Positions 10,093 through 20,745 of a stretch of 64,000 nt of DNA are shown piece after piece. Under the pieces are notes generated by a model, which saw only the letters and a list, made by a program, of their open reading frames with translations, had not been told where the DNA came from and made no database searches. Position numbers and translations under genes: made by a program. The stretch is taken from the NCBI GenBank assembly GCA_965221695.1, contig OZ244905.1, positions 3,040,001 to 3,104,000 on the forward strand. Direction: 5' to 3'. Within the stretch, counting starts at the first letter, position 1; each line of letters begins with the position of its first letter. The stretch is from Gammaproteobacteria bacterium. Lineage in GTDB: Bacteria; Pseudomonadota; Gammaproteobacteria; Eutrophobiales; Eutrophobiaceae.

Positions 10093-11277
10093 TTAACCCA
10101 GCGCATCACCCAATCGCTTAATTGCGCTTTCCAGGTTTTCCATGCTGGTCGCATAGGACAGGCGCATGTAGCCTTTTGCGCCGAATGCCGAGCCCGGTAC
10201 CAGTGCGACTTCCGCCTGTTCCAGCAGGTATTCACCCAGTTCTATGTCGTTGTCGATACCATCCAGCCTGTCGATCACGCGCTGCATATCGGGGAAGCTG
10301 TAGAAAGTGCCGTCGGATGGGGTACATGCAACGCCATCAATGGCGTTCAGGCCGGCATGGACGAAATCGTGCCGCTGCCTGAAGATGGCGGTACTTTCGT
10401 TGATATAGGTTTGGTCACCATTCAGAGCAGCCAGGGTCGCATGCTGGGAGATGGACGAGGGGTTGGATGTGCTTTGCGACTGGATTTTCTGTGCCGCTTT
10501 GACCAGCGCGATCGGGCCGCCCAGGAAACCGATGCGCCAACCGGTCATGGAGTAGGCCTTGGAGACCCCGTTGACCACGACCGTTCTGTCAGCCAACTCC
10601 GGGCAGATATTGAGGATGTTCCTGAAACCGTCCTGGCCCCAGAGTATGTGCTCGTAGATATCGTCCGTCAGGATCACGATTTCCGGGTGCTTGACGAGTA
10701 CCGCTGCGAGTTCTGCCAGTTCCGAATCGGAGTAACTGACGCCGGTCGGGTTTGACGGGCTGTTGATCATGAGCAGCCGCGTGTTGCCGGTAATGGATCG
10801 TTCCAGGCGCTTTCCGGTGATCTTGAAGCGTTGTTCGATACCGGCCCGGATCACGACGGGTTCCGCGCCGGCCAGTCTTGCCATGTCCGGGTAGGAGACC
10901 CAGTAAGGCGCCGGGATGATCACTTCGTCACCCGGGTTGAGCAGCGCCTGCATCAGGTTGTAGATACTGTGTTTTGCGCCGCAGGACACCAGTACCTGAT
11001 CAGGTTCGTAATCAAGGTTGTTTTCCCGCCGGAACTTGTCCGCAACGGCCTGCTTGAGTTCGGGCATGCCGCCGACCGCGGTGTATTTTGTCTTGCCGTC
11101 CCGGATGGCCTTGATCGCGGCTTCCTTGATGTGTTCAGGTGTGTCGAAATCCGGTTCACCCGCGCTCAGGGCAATAATATCCCTGCCCGCCGCTTTCAGT
11201 TCCGCGGCCTTGGCGGTGACTGCGAGGGTGGGGGACGGCTTGATGATTGCGGCGCGTTGCGCCACGCTGTTTTCCAT
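10093..11277 (-). CDS. PLP-dependent class I/II aminotransferase (aspartate aminotransferase-like)
   Basis: [41 protein letters not shown]. Confidence 0.93.
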   Translation of the reverse strand: MENSVAQRAAIIKPSPTLAVTAKAAELKAAGRDIIALSAGEPDFDTPEHIKEAAIKAIRDGKTKYTAVGGMPELKQAVADKFRRENNLDYEPDQVLVSCGAKHSIYNLMQALLNPGDEVIIPAPYWVSYPDMARLAGAEPVVIRAGIEQRFKITGKRLERSITGNTRLLMINSPSNPTGVSYSDSELAELAAVLVKHPEIVILTDDIYEHILWGQDGFRNILNICPELADRTVVVNGVSKAYSMTGWRIGFLGGPIALVKAAQKIQSQSTSNPSSISQHATLAALNGDQTYINESTAIFRQRHDFVHAGLNAIDGVACTPSDGTFYSFPDMQRVIDRLDGIDNDIELGEYLLEQAEVALVPGSAFGAKGYMRLSYATSMENLESAIKRLGDALG

Positions 11278-11310
11278 ACTGGCATCCTCTCAGAAGCAGT
11301 TCATAGTGTA

Positions 11311-11337
11311 GGAAGCTCTGACTTAAGCAGAGGTTCC
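11311..11337. mobile_element. 27-bp palindromic mini-element with TGTA target-site duplication
   Basis: TGTA-GGAAGCTCTGACTTAAGCAGAGGTTCC-TGTA. Confidence 0.8.
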
Positions 11338-11364
11338 TGTATTATAATGCGCAAAATTCAGACT

Positions 11365-13389
11365 ATGACAAAGAAATTTACTCTACAGGCGGACTTTTCT
11401 CCGGCGGGCGATCAACCCGAGGCTATAGAACAATTATACCATTCTATATCCAATGGCATTGCGCAGCAGACGCTGCTCGGGGTAACAGGTTCCGGCAAGA
11501 CCTTTACCATTGCCAACCTGATCGAGAAAATTCAGCGTCCGACGCTGGTCCTGGCGCCGAACAAGACCCTGGCTGCACAGTTGTATGGCGAGATGCGCGA
11601 ATTCTTCCCGGACAATGCCGTGGAATATTTCGTTTCCTACTACGATTATTACCAACCCGAAGCCTATGTTCCCACTACTGATACGTACATAGAAAAAGAC
11701 GCATCCATCAACGAACATATAGAACAAATGCGCCTGTCCGCCACCAAGGCCTTGCTGGAACGACCGGATACCATTATCGTCGCCACCGTGTCCGCCATTT
11801 TCGGCCTGGGCGACCCCCAGGCCTACCTGAAAATGGTGTTGCACCTGGATCGGGGTGAGAGGATGGAACAGCGCTTCATCCTGCGCCGGCTGGCGGAAAT
11901 GCAATATACCCGCAACGAGGTGGAACTGCGCCGCGCCACCTACCGGGTGCGGGGCGATATTATCGACATCTATCCGGCGGAATCAGAGCGCGAGGGCATA
12001 CGGGTGGAGTTGTTTGATGATGAGATCGAATCCATATCGATCTTCGATCCGCTGACCGGTGAGGTATATAAACAGGTTCCGCGCATTACCGTCCATCCCA
12101 AGACCCACTATGTTACCGAGCGCCAGATCGTCCTGGACGCTATTGAAGCCATCAAGGAGGAACTGAGCGAGCGCCTGGAACAGTTCCGCAAGACCAACAA
12201 GCTGGTCGAATTGCAGCGCCTGGAACAGCGCACCCGTTTCGATCTGGAAATGATGATGGAAATCGGCTATTGCACCGGTATTGAAAACTATTCCCGGCAC
12301 CTGTCCGGCAGGCGGCCCGGGGAACCGCCGCCGACGCTGTTCGACTACCTGCCCTATAACGCGTTGCTGGTGGTGGATGAGAGCCATGTGACCGTTCCGC
12401 AGTTAGGCGCGATGTATCGGGGCGACCGTTCGCGCAAGGAGAACCTGGTGGAATACGGCTTCCGCTTGCCCTGCGCGCTGGATAACCGGCCGTTGCGTTT
12501 TGACGAGTTTGAGCATCTGTCGCCGCAGACAGTGTTTGTTTCGGCAACACCGGGACCGTATGAGCGCGAGCGTTCCAGTGAGATCATTGAACAACTCGTG
12601 CGGCCGACGGGCCTGGTCGACCCGGGAGTGGAAATACGTCCGGTTGCGACCCAGGTGGATGACCTGTTGTCGGAGATACGATTGCGCGAACAACGCAATG
12701 AAAGAACGCTGGTCACCACCCTGACCAAGCGCATGGCGGAAGACCTCACTGACTACCTGGCGGAACATGATGTCAGGGTGCGCTACCTGCATTCCGATGT
12801 GGACACGGTGGAGCGCGTCGAGATTATCCGCGACCTGCGCCTGGGGCATTTTGACGTGTTGGTCGGGATCAACCTGTTGCGTGAGGGGCTGGACATGCCG
12901 GAAGTGTCGCTGGTGGCGATCCTCGATGCCGACAAAGAGGGTTTTCTGCGTTCCGAGACGACGCTGATCCAGACCATTGGCCGCGCCGCCCGCAATATCA
13001 ACGGCAAAGCGATCATGTATGCCGATACCGTGACCGGCTCCATTGCGCGCGCGGTCCGCGAAACCGACCGGCGGCGGGAAAAACAACAGCGTTTTAACGA
13101 AAGCCACGGTATTACTCCCCAAGGTATCCGCAAAGCGGTCACCGATATTCTGGAAGGCGCGTATTCCGATAGTCGTAGCCAAACACGACGATATGCCAAG
13201 GTGGCAGAGCAACATCAAGACTATGCCGGGTTCGACCCTGACTTAGTGGTGAAAAAGATCGAGCAACTCGAACAACAGATGTATCAACACGCACGCGACC
13301 TGGAGTTTGAACGCGCCGCGGAATTACGCGATGAGATCGCTCGTATTAAGGAATTCAGCTTGGAAATTGACACGCAGCGAGCCGGATAG
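11365..13389 (+). CDS. uvrB: excinuclease ABC subunit B
   Basis: [40 protein letters not shown]-terminal UVR domain; start at the MTKKF ATG. Confidence 0.98.
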   Translation: MTKKFTLQADFSPAGDQPEAIEQLYHSISNGIAQQTLLGVTGSGKTFTIANLIEKIQRPTLVLAPNKTLAAQLYGEMREFFPDNAVEYFVSYYDYYQPEAYVPTTDTYIEKDASINEHIEQMRLSATKALLERPDTIIVATVSAIFGLGDPQAYLKMVLHLDRGERMEQRFILRRLAEMQYTRNEVELRRATYRVRGDIIDIYPAESEREGIRVELFDDEIESISIFDPLTGEVYKQVPRITVHPKTHYVTERQIVLDAIEAIKEELSERLEQFRKTNKLVELQRLEQRTRFDLEMMMEIGYCTGIENYSRHLSGRRPGEPPPTLFDYLPYNALLVVDESHVTVPQLGAMYRGDRSRKENLVEYGFRLPCALDNRPLRFDEFEHLSPQTVFVSATPGPYERERSSEIIEQLVRPTGLVDPGVEIRPVATQVDDLLSEIRLREQRNERTLVTTLTKRMAEDLTDYLAEHDVRVRYLHSDVDTVERVEIIRDLRLGHFDVLVGINLLREGLDMPEVSLVAILDADKEGFLRSETTLIQTIGRAARNINGKAIMYADTVTGSIARAVRETDRRREKQQRFNESHGITPQGIRKAVTDILEGAYSDSRSQTRRYAKVAEQHQDYAGFDPDLVVKKIEQLEQQMYQHARDLEFERAAELRDEIARIKEFSLEIDTQRAG

Positions 13390-13420
13390 AAGCCACCGGT
13401 ATCAACGCATAATATTGAAA

Positions 13421-14143
13421 ATGCCAGTATCTGTTTTGAACATCTTGGTTACAGTTTTTGCCATCGCAACCTTGATAGTTGTTGTAACTAAGGACCATAG
13501 CGGTGAGGGTTTCGATCTGTATGGTGGGGCAGGTCCGGATATCCTGGTAGGAGATCCTGGTGATAACTTAATCTGGGGAGGAGCCGGCGCTGATATCATT
13601 GATGGAGGCGCAGGTTTGGACACCTTGGATTACCGTGGGTCGGATGCTGGAGTGACAGTAAATCTAGCCGACAATACTGCTCTGGGCGGTCACGCTGAGG
13701 GAGATCGTATCACTGGTATAGAAAAGGTTATTGGTTCAGTTTTTGCAGATATACTCACCGGTGGCAACGGCGCAGATCAGTTATTCGGGAATGGCGGCGC
13801 TGACCATTTGGACGGGGGCGAGGGTGATGACCGTCTCTGGGGGAATAAGGGAAATGATGTTCTTATTGGCGGTAAGGGCGCTAATTTACTCTTAGGTGGC
13901 GAAGGCAACGACACTTTTGTGATTCGCGCCGGCAACCAACATTTGCAGATCATCCATGACTTTATACACGGCGATGATCGGATTGACCTTGCCGATTTTC
14001 CGGGCCTGTCTTTCCAGAGTCTGCTCATATCAGGCAATGCCGATAAGTGCACAATCGCTATGGGCGATGAAGGTAACGGCAGGATCCTGCTTAGAGCGTG
14101 CAACATCGATGAGCTTGATCCGACAGACTTTGTGTTCAACTGA
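13421..14143 (+). CDS. small RTX/hemolysin-type calcium-binding protein with hydrophobic N-terminus
   Basis: GGxGxD nonapeptides, one DTLDY..S.AGVTVNL..GGHAEGD module, C-terminal I.DF..G.DRIDL...DFVF. Confidence 0.85.
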   Translation: MPVSVLNILVTVFAIATLIVVVTKDHSGEGFDLYGGAGPDILVGDPGDNLIWGGAGADIIDGGAGLDTLDYRGSDAGVTVNLADNTALGGHAEGDRITGIEKVIGSVFADILTGGNGADQLFGNGGADHLDGGEGDDRLWGNKGNDVLIGGKGANLLLGGEGNDTFVIRAGNQHLQIIHDFIHGDDRIDLADFPGLSFQSLLISGNADKCTIAMGDEGNGRILLRACNIDELDPTDFVFN

Positions 14144-14173
14144 AGGTGTGTAAACAGGGTCAGACCTGCCTAA

Positions 14174-14200
14174 AGAACCTCTGATAAAGTCAGAGTTTCC
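14174..14200. mobile_element. 27-bp palindromic mini-element with CTAA target-site duplication; degenerate partial copies follow at about 14205 and 14243
   Basis: CTAA-AGAACCTCTGATAAAGTCAGAGTTTCC-CTAA. Confidence 0.8.
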
Positions 14201-14264
14201 CTAAGTAACCTCTGAGACTTATTCAGCATAATCTATTGTTGGGGAAGCTCTGAGGTTGTTTGAC

Positions 14265-15413
14265 TCACCGGGGACAATCAGTATCCGGGTCAGTCTCGTC
14301 AATCAGGTTATCAACGACGGTCTGCAAGGCTTCCTGCTTGTCCATGCCGCCATTGACCGCTTGCCGGTAAGTCCGCACCTGCCGGTGCGCACTGGTGCCG
14401 CGTTCGAGGATGGTACGGGCATGCTCCACCTCGGTTGAGCAGTCCAGGGCCTTGGCGTCCTCTTCCACCAGTCCCAGTATCTCTTCCAGCAACGTCGCGA
14501 AGGGAACCGCCTCGCCCCTGCCGAAGTCGATCAAGCCCTCGTCAGGCCCATAGCGCATCGCGCGCCAGCGGTTCTCGGAGACCAGCATGCGCGAATAGGC
14601 GCGCCAGCGCTGGTTATCCCTGCGCAGGCGGTACAACATGCGCATGAGGCAGACAGTCAGCGCGGCCAGGCAGGCCGCGTCATCCAGGTCGGTACACACA
14701 TCCATAATGCGCGTTTCCAGGGTCGGATAACGGGCGCTGGGGCGTAGGTCCCACCAGATCTTACTGGCGTCTTCTATTACACCGGCGGTCTTGATGATGT
14801 TCACGTGGCGTTCGTATTCGCCGTAGCTGGAGAACTGCTCGGGAAGGCCGGTGCGCACCAGGGCGTCGAACACCGTCAGGCGATAACACAGCAGGCCAGT
14901 GTCATCCCCTTCCCAAAACGGCGAGGAGCAACTCAAGGCCAACAAGTGGGGGAGGAAGTAATTGAACTGATTCATCAGGTCAATGCGCAACTCGTTGTCA
15001 CCAATGCCTACGTGGACATGCATCCCGCAGATCAGCAGACGTCTGGCCGCGGCCTGCATATCCTGTTCGAGTATGTTGTAGCGCTCTTTTTCCGTGGGCA
15101 ACTGCTCGTGCCAGTTGCCGAACGGATGAGTGGATGCGGCGATGGGAGCGAGGCCGTAACGGTCAGCGACTTCGATCACCGCGCGTCTCAGTGACGCCAG
15201 GTCAGCGCGGGCCTCGGCAATAGTCCGGCACGGACGGGTACCCACCTCGATCTGGGAACGCAGGAATTCCGGAGTAACCCGCCCTCCGCACAGCGCCGCG
15301 CACTCATCCACCATGTTGTCAGGCGGATCATTGCACAGGTCGCGTGTCGACTTGTCGACGAGCAGGTACTCTTCCTCAATACCGACGGTGAATTCGGGTT
15401 CAGAGATTAGCAT
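14265..15413 (-). CDS. carboxylate-amine ligase (YbdK/glutamate-cysteine ligase 2 family)
   Basis: FTVGIEEEY, CGMHVHVG, LALSCSSPFW, WWDLRPS, ENRWRAMRYG. Confidence 0.92.
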   Translation of the reverse strand: MLISEPEFTVGIEEEYLLVDKSTRDLCNDPPDNMVDECAALCGGRVTPEFLRSQIEVGTRPCRTIAEARADLASLRRAVIEVADRYGLAPIAASTHPFGNWHEQLPTEKERYNILEQDMQAAARRLLICGMHVHVGIGDNELRIDLMNQFNYFLPHLLALSCSSPFWEGDDTGLLCYRLTVFDALVRTGLPEQFSSYGEYERHVNIIKTAGVIEDASKIWWDLRPSARYPTLETRIMDVCTDLDDAACLAALTVCLMRMLYRLRRDNQRWRAYSRMLVSENRWRAMRYGPDEGLIDFGRGEAVPFATLLEEILGLVEEDAKALDCSTEVEHARTILERGTSAHRQVRTYRQAVNGGMDKQEALQTVVDNLIDETDPDTDCPR

Positions 15414-15418
15414 TAGGT

Positions 15419-16231
15419 TTACCTTGGAATCCTGTACAGCGCCTCATCCGCGAGTATATCACTCAAGGCTTCTGCCAGCAGCGCGCTCCAATGCTTAGCG
15501 CCGGCGTCATCGGCCAGTAAGTCCTGCCGCAGTTCGAGAGATACATTGGCTACGCCCCTGCCCTCGCCGTGGTGGTCCACCGTGTAATCAGCCGGATGGC
15601 GGCCCGAATAGGGTTCATTGTCGCCTACGATCAACTCGGGGTATTGTCTGAGCTTTGCCAGCAGCGGTTGGGCAATACGCGGGTCCTTGTCCCATAATAC
15701 GCCCAGGTGCCAGGGCCGAACCTGATTTGCGAGCACCGGGGTAAAACTATGCACGCTGATAATGACCGGTACGCATCCCCGCGCAATAAAATCGTCGATC
15801 AGGTTGTCAATCGCGCGGTGATAAGGATGGTATAACGCATCGGCGCGGCGCTGCTTCTGCGCGGCGCTGAGGTTTTGATTGCCCGGGATTACGACGCCGT
15901 CGCTTACCGGGATGAACGCAGTGGGGTCGTCCAGGTTGCGGTTGAGATCAACCACCAGCCGGGAGTAGTTGGCAGAGAGCAGTGACGCTCCCAGCAACTC
16001 CGCAAGCAATTTGGCGGTTGCCCGGCTGCCGATGTCAACCGCGATGTGCTGTTGTAACGCATCCGGGCTCAGCCCCAGTCCTTGCAGGCACGCCGGCACG
16101 GCAGCGCCCGCATGATCGGCCACAACCAGGCGCTTCGATGAAGCGCGCCGGTCGATAAACCGGAATGGCTCTGTGTCCGCCGGACCCAACAGCGGCGCGG
16201 ATGATTGTGTATTCTCCAAAGACCTGGTCAT
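15419..16231 (-). CDS. N-formylglutamate amidohydrolase family protein
   Basis: DHAG, HIAVDIG, SRLVVDLNR, PYH, SVHSFTP, GDNEPYSG, ELRQDL; start uncertain (16231 ATG or 16264 TTG). Confidence 0.9.
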   Translation of the reverse strand: MTRSLENTQSSAPLLGPADTEPFRFIDRRASSKRLVVADHAGAAVPACLQGLGLSPDALQQHIAVDIGSRATAKLLAELLGASLLSANYSRLVVDLNRNLDDPTAFIPVSDGVVIPGNQNLSAAQKQRRADALYHPYHRAIDNLIDDFIARGCVPVIISVHSFTPVLANQVRPWHLGVLWDKDPRIAQPLLAKLRQYPELIVGDNEPYSGRHPADYTVDHHGEGRGVANVSLELRQDLLADDAGAKHWSALLAEALSDILADEALYRIPR

Positions 16232-16298
16232 TTGGGCGCATAGTCCTCTATTGTTTGCCACCAATCAAGCCAGCCCGGCAGGGCAAACACATACTTTA

Positions 16299-16327
16299 GC
16301 AACCTCTGAGATTAAGTCAGTGATTCC
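16299..16327. repeat. degenerate copy of the 27-bp palindrome (2-nt insertion)
   Basis: GCAACCTCTGAGATTAAGTCAGTGATTCC, flanks TTTA/TTAA. Confidence 0.65.
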
Positions 16328-16425
16328 TTAACTTAATTGTGACTTTATTTTGAACTTACTGTATCATAGATACATTGAATGCTGCGGGCACAGCGGCAGG
16401 CATGTCAGCCACAGCATTCACATAC

Positions 16426-16502
16426 AGGCGCGTAGCTCAGTTGGTTAGAGCACTACCTCGACACGGTAGGGGTCGTTGGTTCGAATCCAATCGCGCCTAC
16501 CA
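16426..16502 (+). tRNA. tRNA-Val(GAC)
   Basis: AGGCGCGTAGCTCAGTTGGTTAGAGCA-CTACC-TCGACAC-GGTAG...GGTTCGAATCC...CCTACCA. Confidence 0.95.
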
Positions 16503-16603
16503 GACATTCACCCCGCGTTTTGTTTTACTCGGGGCGAGTCACAATCCACAACATTGATGATCTCTGACCTGATGAGCATCTGCAGATGCTCGTCGGGTAA
16601 CAT

Positions 16604-16628
16604 GTGGCCTGTTGTGGGGGCCACCACT
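16604..16628 (+). promoter_or_regulatory. thrS translational operator-like hairpin (tRNA-Thr anticodon-arm mimic)
   Basis: Stem GTGGCCT/GGGCCAC around the 7-nt loop GT-TGT-GG; 3' arm runs into CACCACTG, resembling the E. coli thrS leader. Confidence 0.55.
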
Positions 16629-16674
16629 GATTGAGCGCGGCCACCTTTCGGAAAACCCGGCTCAAGGAGACAGT

Positions 16675-18570
16675 ATGCCTGTTATTTCCCTGCCTGACGG
16701 TAGTCGGCGCAGCTATGACGACCCCTTGCCGGTTCTGGATATTGCCGCAGACATCGGTCCCGGGCTGGCGCGCGCAACCTTGGCCGCCGAAGTGGACGGC
16801 AAGCTGGTCGACGCTTCCCAGTTGGTAGATACTGATGCGAGTGTGCGCATCATTACTGCGCGCGACGAACAAGGACTGGAAATACTGCGCCATTCCTGCG
16901 CCCACTTGATGGCGCAGGCGGTCAAAGAGTTGTTCCCGGAAGCCCAGGTGACCATCGGTCCCGTCATTGAGGACGGGTTTTATTATGATTTCGCCTTCGA
17001 GCGTTCATTCACACCGGATGACTTGGCTGCAATCGAGGATAAAATGCTCGAGTTGGCCCGGCAGGATCTGGATGTCAGTCGCTTTGTCATGGCGCGGGAC
17101 GAGGCGGTCGCCTTCTTTCGTGGCCAGGGCGAGGAATACAAGGCGCAAATTATCGAATCCATACCCGAGCAAGAGGAATTGTCACTGTATCGGCAGGGCG
17201 ATTTTGTCGACCTCTGTCGCGGACCCCATGTCCCCAGTACCGGCAGACTGAGCGCTTTCAAACTGACCAAGTTAGCCGGCGCCTACTGGCGCGGCGACTC
17301 CCGCAATCAAATGTTGCAGCGTATCTACGGCACCGCATGGCCGGACCGCAAAGCTTTGAAACAATATCTGAAGCGATTGGAAGAGGCGGAGAAACGCGAC
17401 CATCGTAAGCTGGGACGCAAGCAGGACCTGTTCCATTTCCAGGAAGAGGCGCCGGGACTGGTATTCTGGCACCCCAAGGGTTGGACTCTGTATAACGTGG
17501 TCAGGGATCATATCCGCGCTAAATTGGCGGGCAAAGGTTACCAGGAGATCAACACTCCGTTGGCCTTGGACCGCAGCCTGTGGGAAAAATCCGGTCACTG
17601 GGACAAGTTTCATGCAGACATGTTCACCACCAGTTCGGAAAACCGCGATTATGCTATCAAGCCGATGAATTGCCCCGGTCACATCCAGGTGTACAATCAG
17701 GGGCTCAAAAGCTATCGGGACTTGCCGCTGCGCTTTGCGGAATTCGGTTCCTGCCACCGCAACGAAGCCTCGGGGACTTTACACGGCCTGATGCGGGTCA
17801 GGGGATTTACCCAGGACGACGCCCACATCTTCTGCACCGAAGACCAGATTCAGTCCGAGGTTTCTGACTTTATCGATCTGTTGTTCGAAGTCTACCGCGA
17901 TTTCGGTTTCTCTGATGTGATCATGAAGTTGTCAACCCGCCCGGAAAACCGGGTGGGAGATGATTCGATCTGGGACAAAGCCGAGCAGGCCTTGGAGCAG
18001 GCGCTCACGGACAAGGGAGTGGACTGGGACCTGCAACCGGGAGAAGGCGCGTTCTACGGGCCCAAGATCGATTTTTCCCTCAAAGACAGCATCGGCCGGG
18101 TATGGCAATGCGGGACTATCCAGGCGGATTTTTCCATGCCGGGACGGCTGGACGCACAATACATAGATGACAATAATGAGAAACAAACGCCTGTCATGCT
18201 ACACCGGGCTATCCTGGGTTCACTGGAACGCTTCATAGGCATTCTCATTGAGCATTACGCGGGCTCGTTCCCGCTCTGGTTGGCGCCGGTTCAGATCGTG
18301 GTCTCCTCAATTACCCAAAATCAGGCGGACTATGCGCGCTCTGTGGCGCAAACCATTCAGGAGTATGGTTTTCGCACAAATACGGACTTGAGAAATGAAA
18401 CGATCAACCTTAAAATCCGCCAGCACACGTTGCAGCGTGTGCCTTACCAGTTGATAATCGGCGCGCGCGAGCAGGAAAATGAGACCGTGGCAGTTCGCAC
18501 GCGTGACGGTAAGGACCTTGGTGTGCTACCATTAAATACTTTTATCGATCAAGCGCGGAAAGAGATATGA
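16675..18570 (+). CDS. thrS: threonine--tRNA ligase
   Basis: TGS domain, [31 protein letters not shown]; AAGGAG SD before the ATG. Confidence 0.98.
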   Translation: MPVISLPDGSRRSYDDPLPVLDIAADIGPGLARATLAAEVDGKLVDASQLVDTDASVRIITARDEQGLEILRHSCAHLMAQAVKELFPEAQVTIGPVIEDGFYYDFAFERSFTPDDLAAIEDKMLELARQDLDVSRFVMARDEAVAFFRGQGEEYKAQIIESIPEQEELSLYRQGDFVDLCRGPHVPSTGRLSAFKLTKLAGAYWRGDSRNQMLQRIYGTAWPDRKALKQYLKRLEEAEKRDHRKLGRKQDLFHFQEEAPGLVFWHPKGWTLYNVVRDHIRAKLAGKGYQEINTPLALDRSLWEKSGHWDKFHADMFTTSSENRDYAIKPMNCPGHIQVYNQGLKSYRDLPLRFAEFGSCHRNEASGTLHGLMRVRGFTQDDAHIFCTEDQIQSEVSDFIDLLFEVYRDFGFSDVIMKLSTRPENRVGDDSIWDKAEQALEQALTDKGVDWDLQPGEGAFYGPKIDFSLKDSIGRVWQCGTIQADFSMPGRLDAQYIDDNNEKQTPVMLHRAILGSLERFIGILIEHYAGSFPLWLAPVQIVVSSITQNQADYARSVAQTIQEYGFRTNTDLRNETINLKIRQHTLQRVPYQLIIGAREQENETVAVRTRDGKDLGVLPLNTFIDQARKEI

Positions 18571-18634
18571 TCAGGCGCGGCATCACTGATTAATGACACA
18601 GACAAGCCTGTGACAAGATACGGAGGAATAACGA

Positions 18635-19150
18635 ATCGCCATTAAGAAACAGAATCGCGTGAATGAAGAAATAACGGCCGTCGAGGTAAGATTGATCGGT
18701 CCGCAGGGCGGGCAGGTCGGTATCGTCGGCTTGGATGACGCCTTGCGACAGGCAGATGATGAGGAACTCGACCTGGTCGAGATTGTGCCCAATGCGGAGC
18801 CTCCCGTTTGCAGGATCATGGACTTCGGTAAGTTCCTGTTTGAACAAAACAAGAAAAAGCACGCTGCAAAGAAGAAACAGAAGCAGATCCACGTCAAGGA
18901 AGTGAAGTTCAGACCAGGCACTGACGATGGCGATTATCAGGTAAAGTTGAGGAACATCATGCGTTTTGTGCAAAACGGTGACAAGGTTAAAGTGACTTTG
19001 CGTTTCCGTGGCCGCGAGATGGCTCACCAGGAACTTGGCAGCAAGATGCTGGACCGGATAGAAACGGATATGGAGCAAAGCGCGGAAGTGGAGCAAAAAG
19101 CAAAACTCGAAGGCCGCCAGATGGTAATGATACTGGCGCCGAAACGGTAA
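18635..19150 (+). CDS. infC: translation initiation factor IF-3 (non-AUG start, ATC 18635 or ATT 18641)
   Basis: [28 protein letters not shown]; GGAGGA SD 7 nt before the in-frame ATC, in-frame TAA just upstream. Confidence 0.95.
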   Translation: MAIKKQNRVNEEITAVEVRLIGPQGGQVGIVGLDDALRQADDEELDLVEIVPNAEPPVCRIMDFGKFLFEQNKKKHAAKKKQKQIHVKEVKFRPGTDDGDYQVKLRNIMRFVQNGDKVKVTLRFRGREMAHQELGSKMLDRIETDMEQSAEVEQKAKLEGRQMVMILAPKR

Positions 19151-19157
19151 ACAAATT

Positions 19158-19355
19158 ATGCCTAAATTAAAAACCAATCGTGGCGCAGCCAAGCGCTTTA
19201 CCAAGACCGCGTCGGGCCGGTACAAACACCGGCAGTCCCATCGCAGCCATATCCTGACGAAAAAAAGCGCAAAACGGATCAGGAAGTTGCGTCACATGCA
19301 GTTGATTAACAAAAGTGACGAGAAGGCGCTGGCGCAGTTGTTACCGTACAGTTGA
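19158..19355 (+). CDS. rpmI: 50S ribosomal protein L35
   Basis: [20 protein letters not shown]; operon position. Confidence 0.97.
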   Translation: MPKLKTNRGAAKRFTKTASGRYKHRQSHRSHILTKKSAKRIRKLRHMQLINKSDEKALAQLLPYS

Positions 19356-19367
19356 GGAATTTCAGTC

Positions 19368-19721
19368 ATGCCGAGAGTAAAACGGGGCGTTACAGCACGC
19401 GCCAGACATAAAAAAGTCATCCAACAGGCCAAAGGTTACCGCGGGCGCCGCAAAAACGTCTACCGGGTAGCCAAACAAGCGGTCACAAAAGCCGGCCAAT
19501 ATGCTTACCGGGACCGGCGTCAGCGTAAACGGCAGTTTCGTGCGCTCTGGATTACCCGCATCAATGCGGCTGCCAGGGAGCATGGCCTGTCCTATAGCCG
19601 ATTCATGGATGGGTTGCACAAGGCGGATATCCAGATTGATCGCAAAGTGCTGGCGGAACTCGCGGTCAACGACAAGCACGCATTTTTGCAACTGGCGGAG
19701 CAGGCCAGGCAGAATATCTGA
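19368..19721 (+). CDS. rplT: 50S ribosomal protein L20
   Basis: [26 protein letters not shown]. Confidence 0.98.
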   Translation: MPRVKRGVTARARHKKVIQQAKGYRGRRKNVYRVAKQAVTKAGQYAYRDRRQRKRQFRALWITRINAAAREHGLSYSRFMDGLHKADIQIDRKVLAELAVNDKHAFLQLAEQARQNI

Positions 19722-19737
19722 CTGGAAGAGGGTGTAG

Positions 19738-20733
<996 letters not shown>

Positions 20734-20745
20734 ACTGTATTGCCC

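Noticed and set aside
11337-11352. LexA box upstream of uvrB
   Set aside because: CTGT is present but the ACAG half-site is missing, and the CTGT is created by the insertion junction
10831-11364. 178-aa N-terminal extension of UvrB in the ORF track (852 aa)
   Set aside because: It is largely the antisense shadow of the aminotransferase gene; UvrB similarity starts at the ATG at 11365
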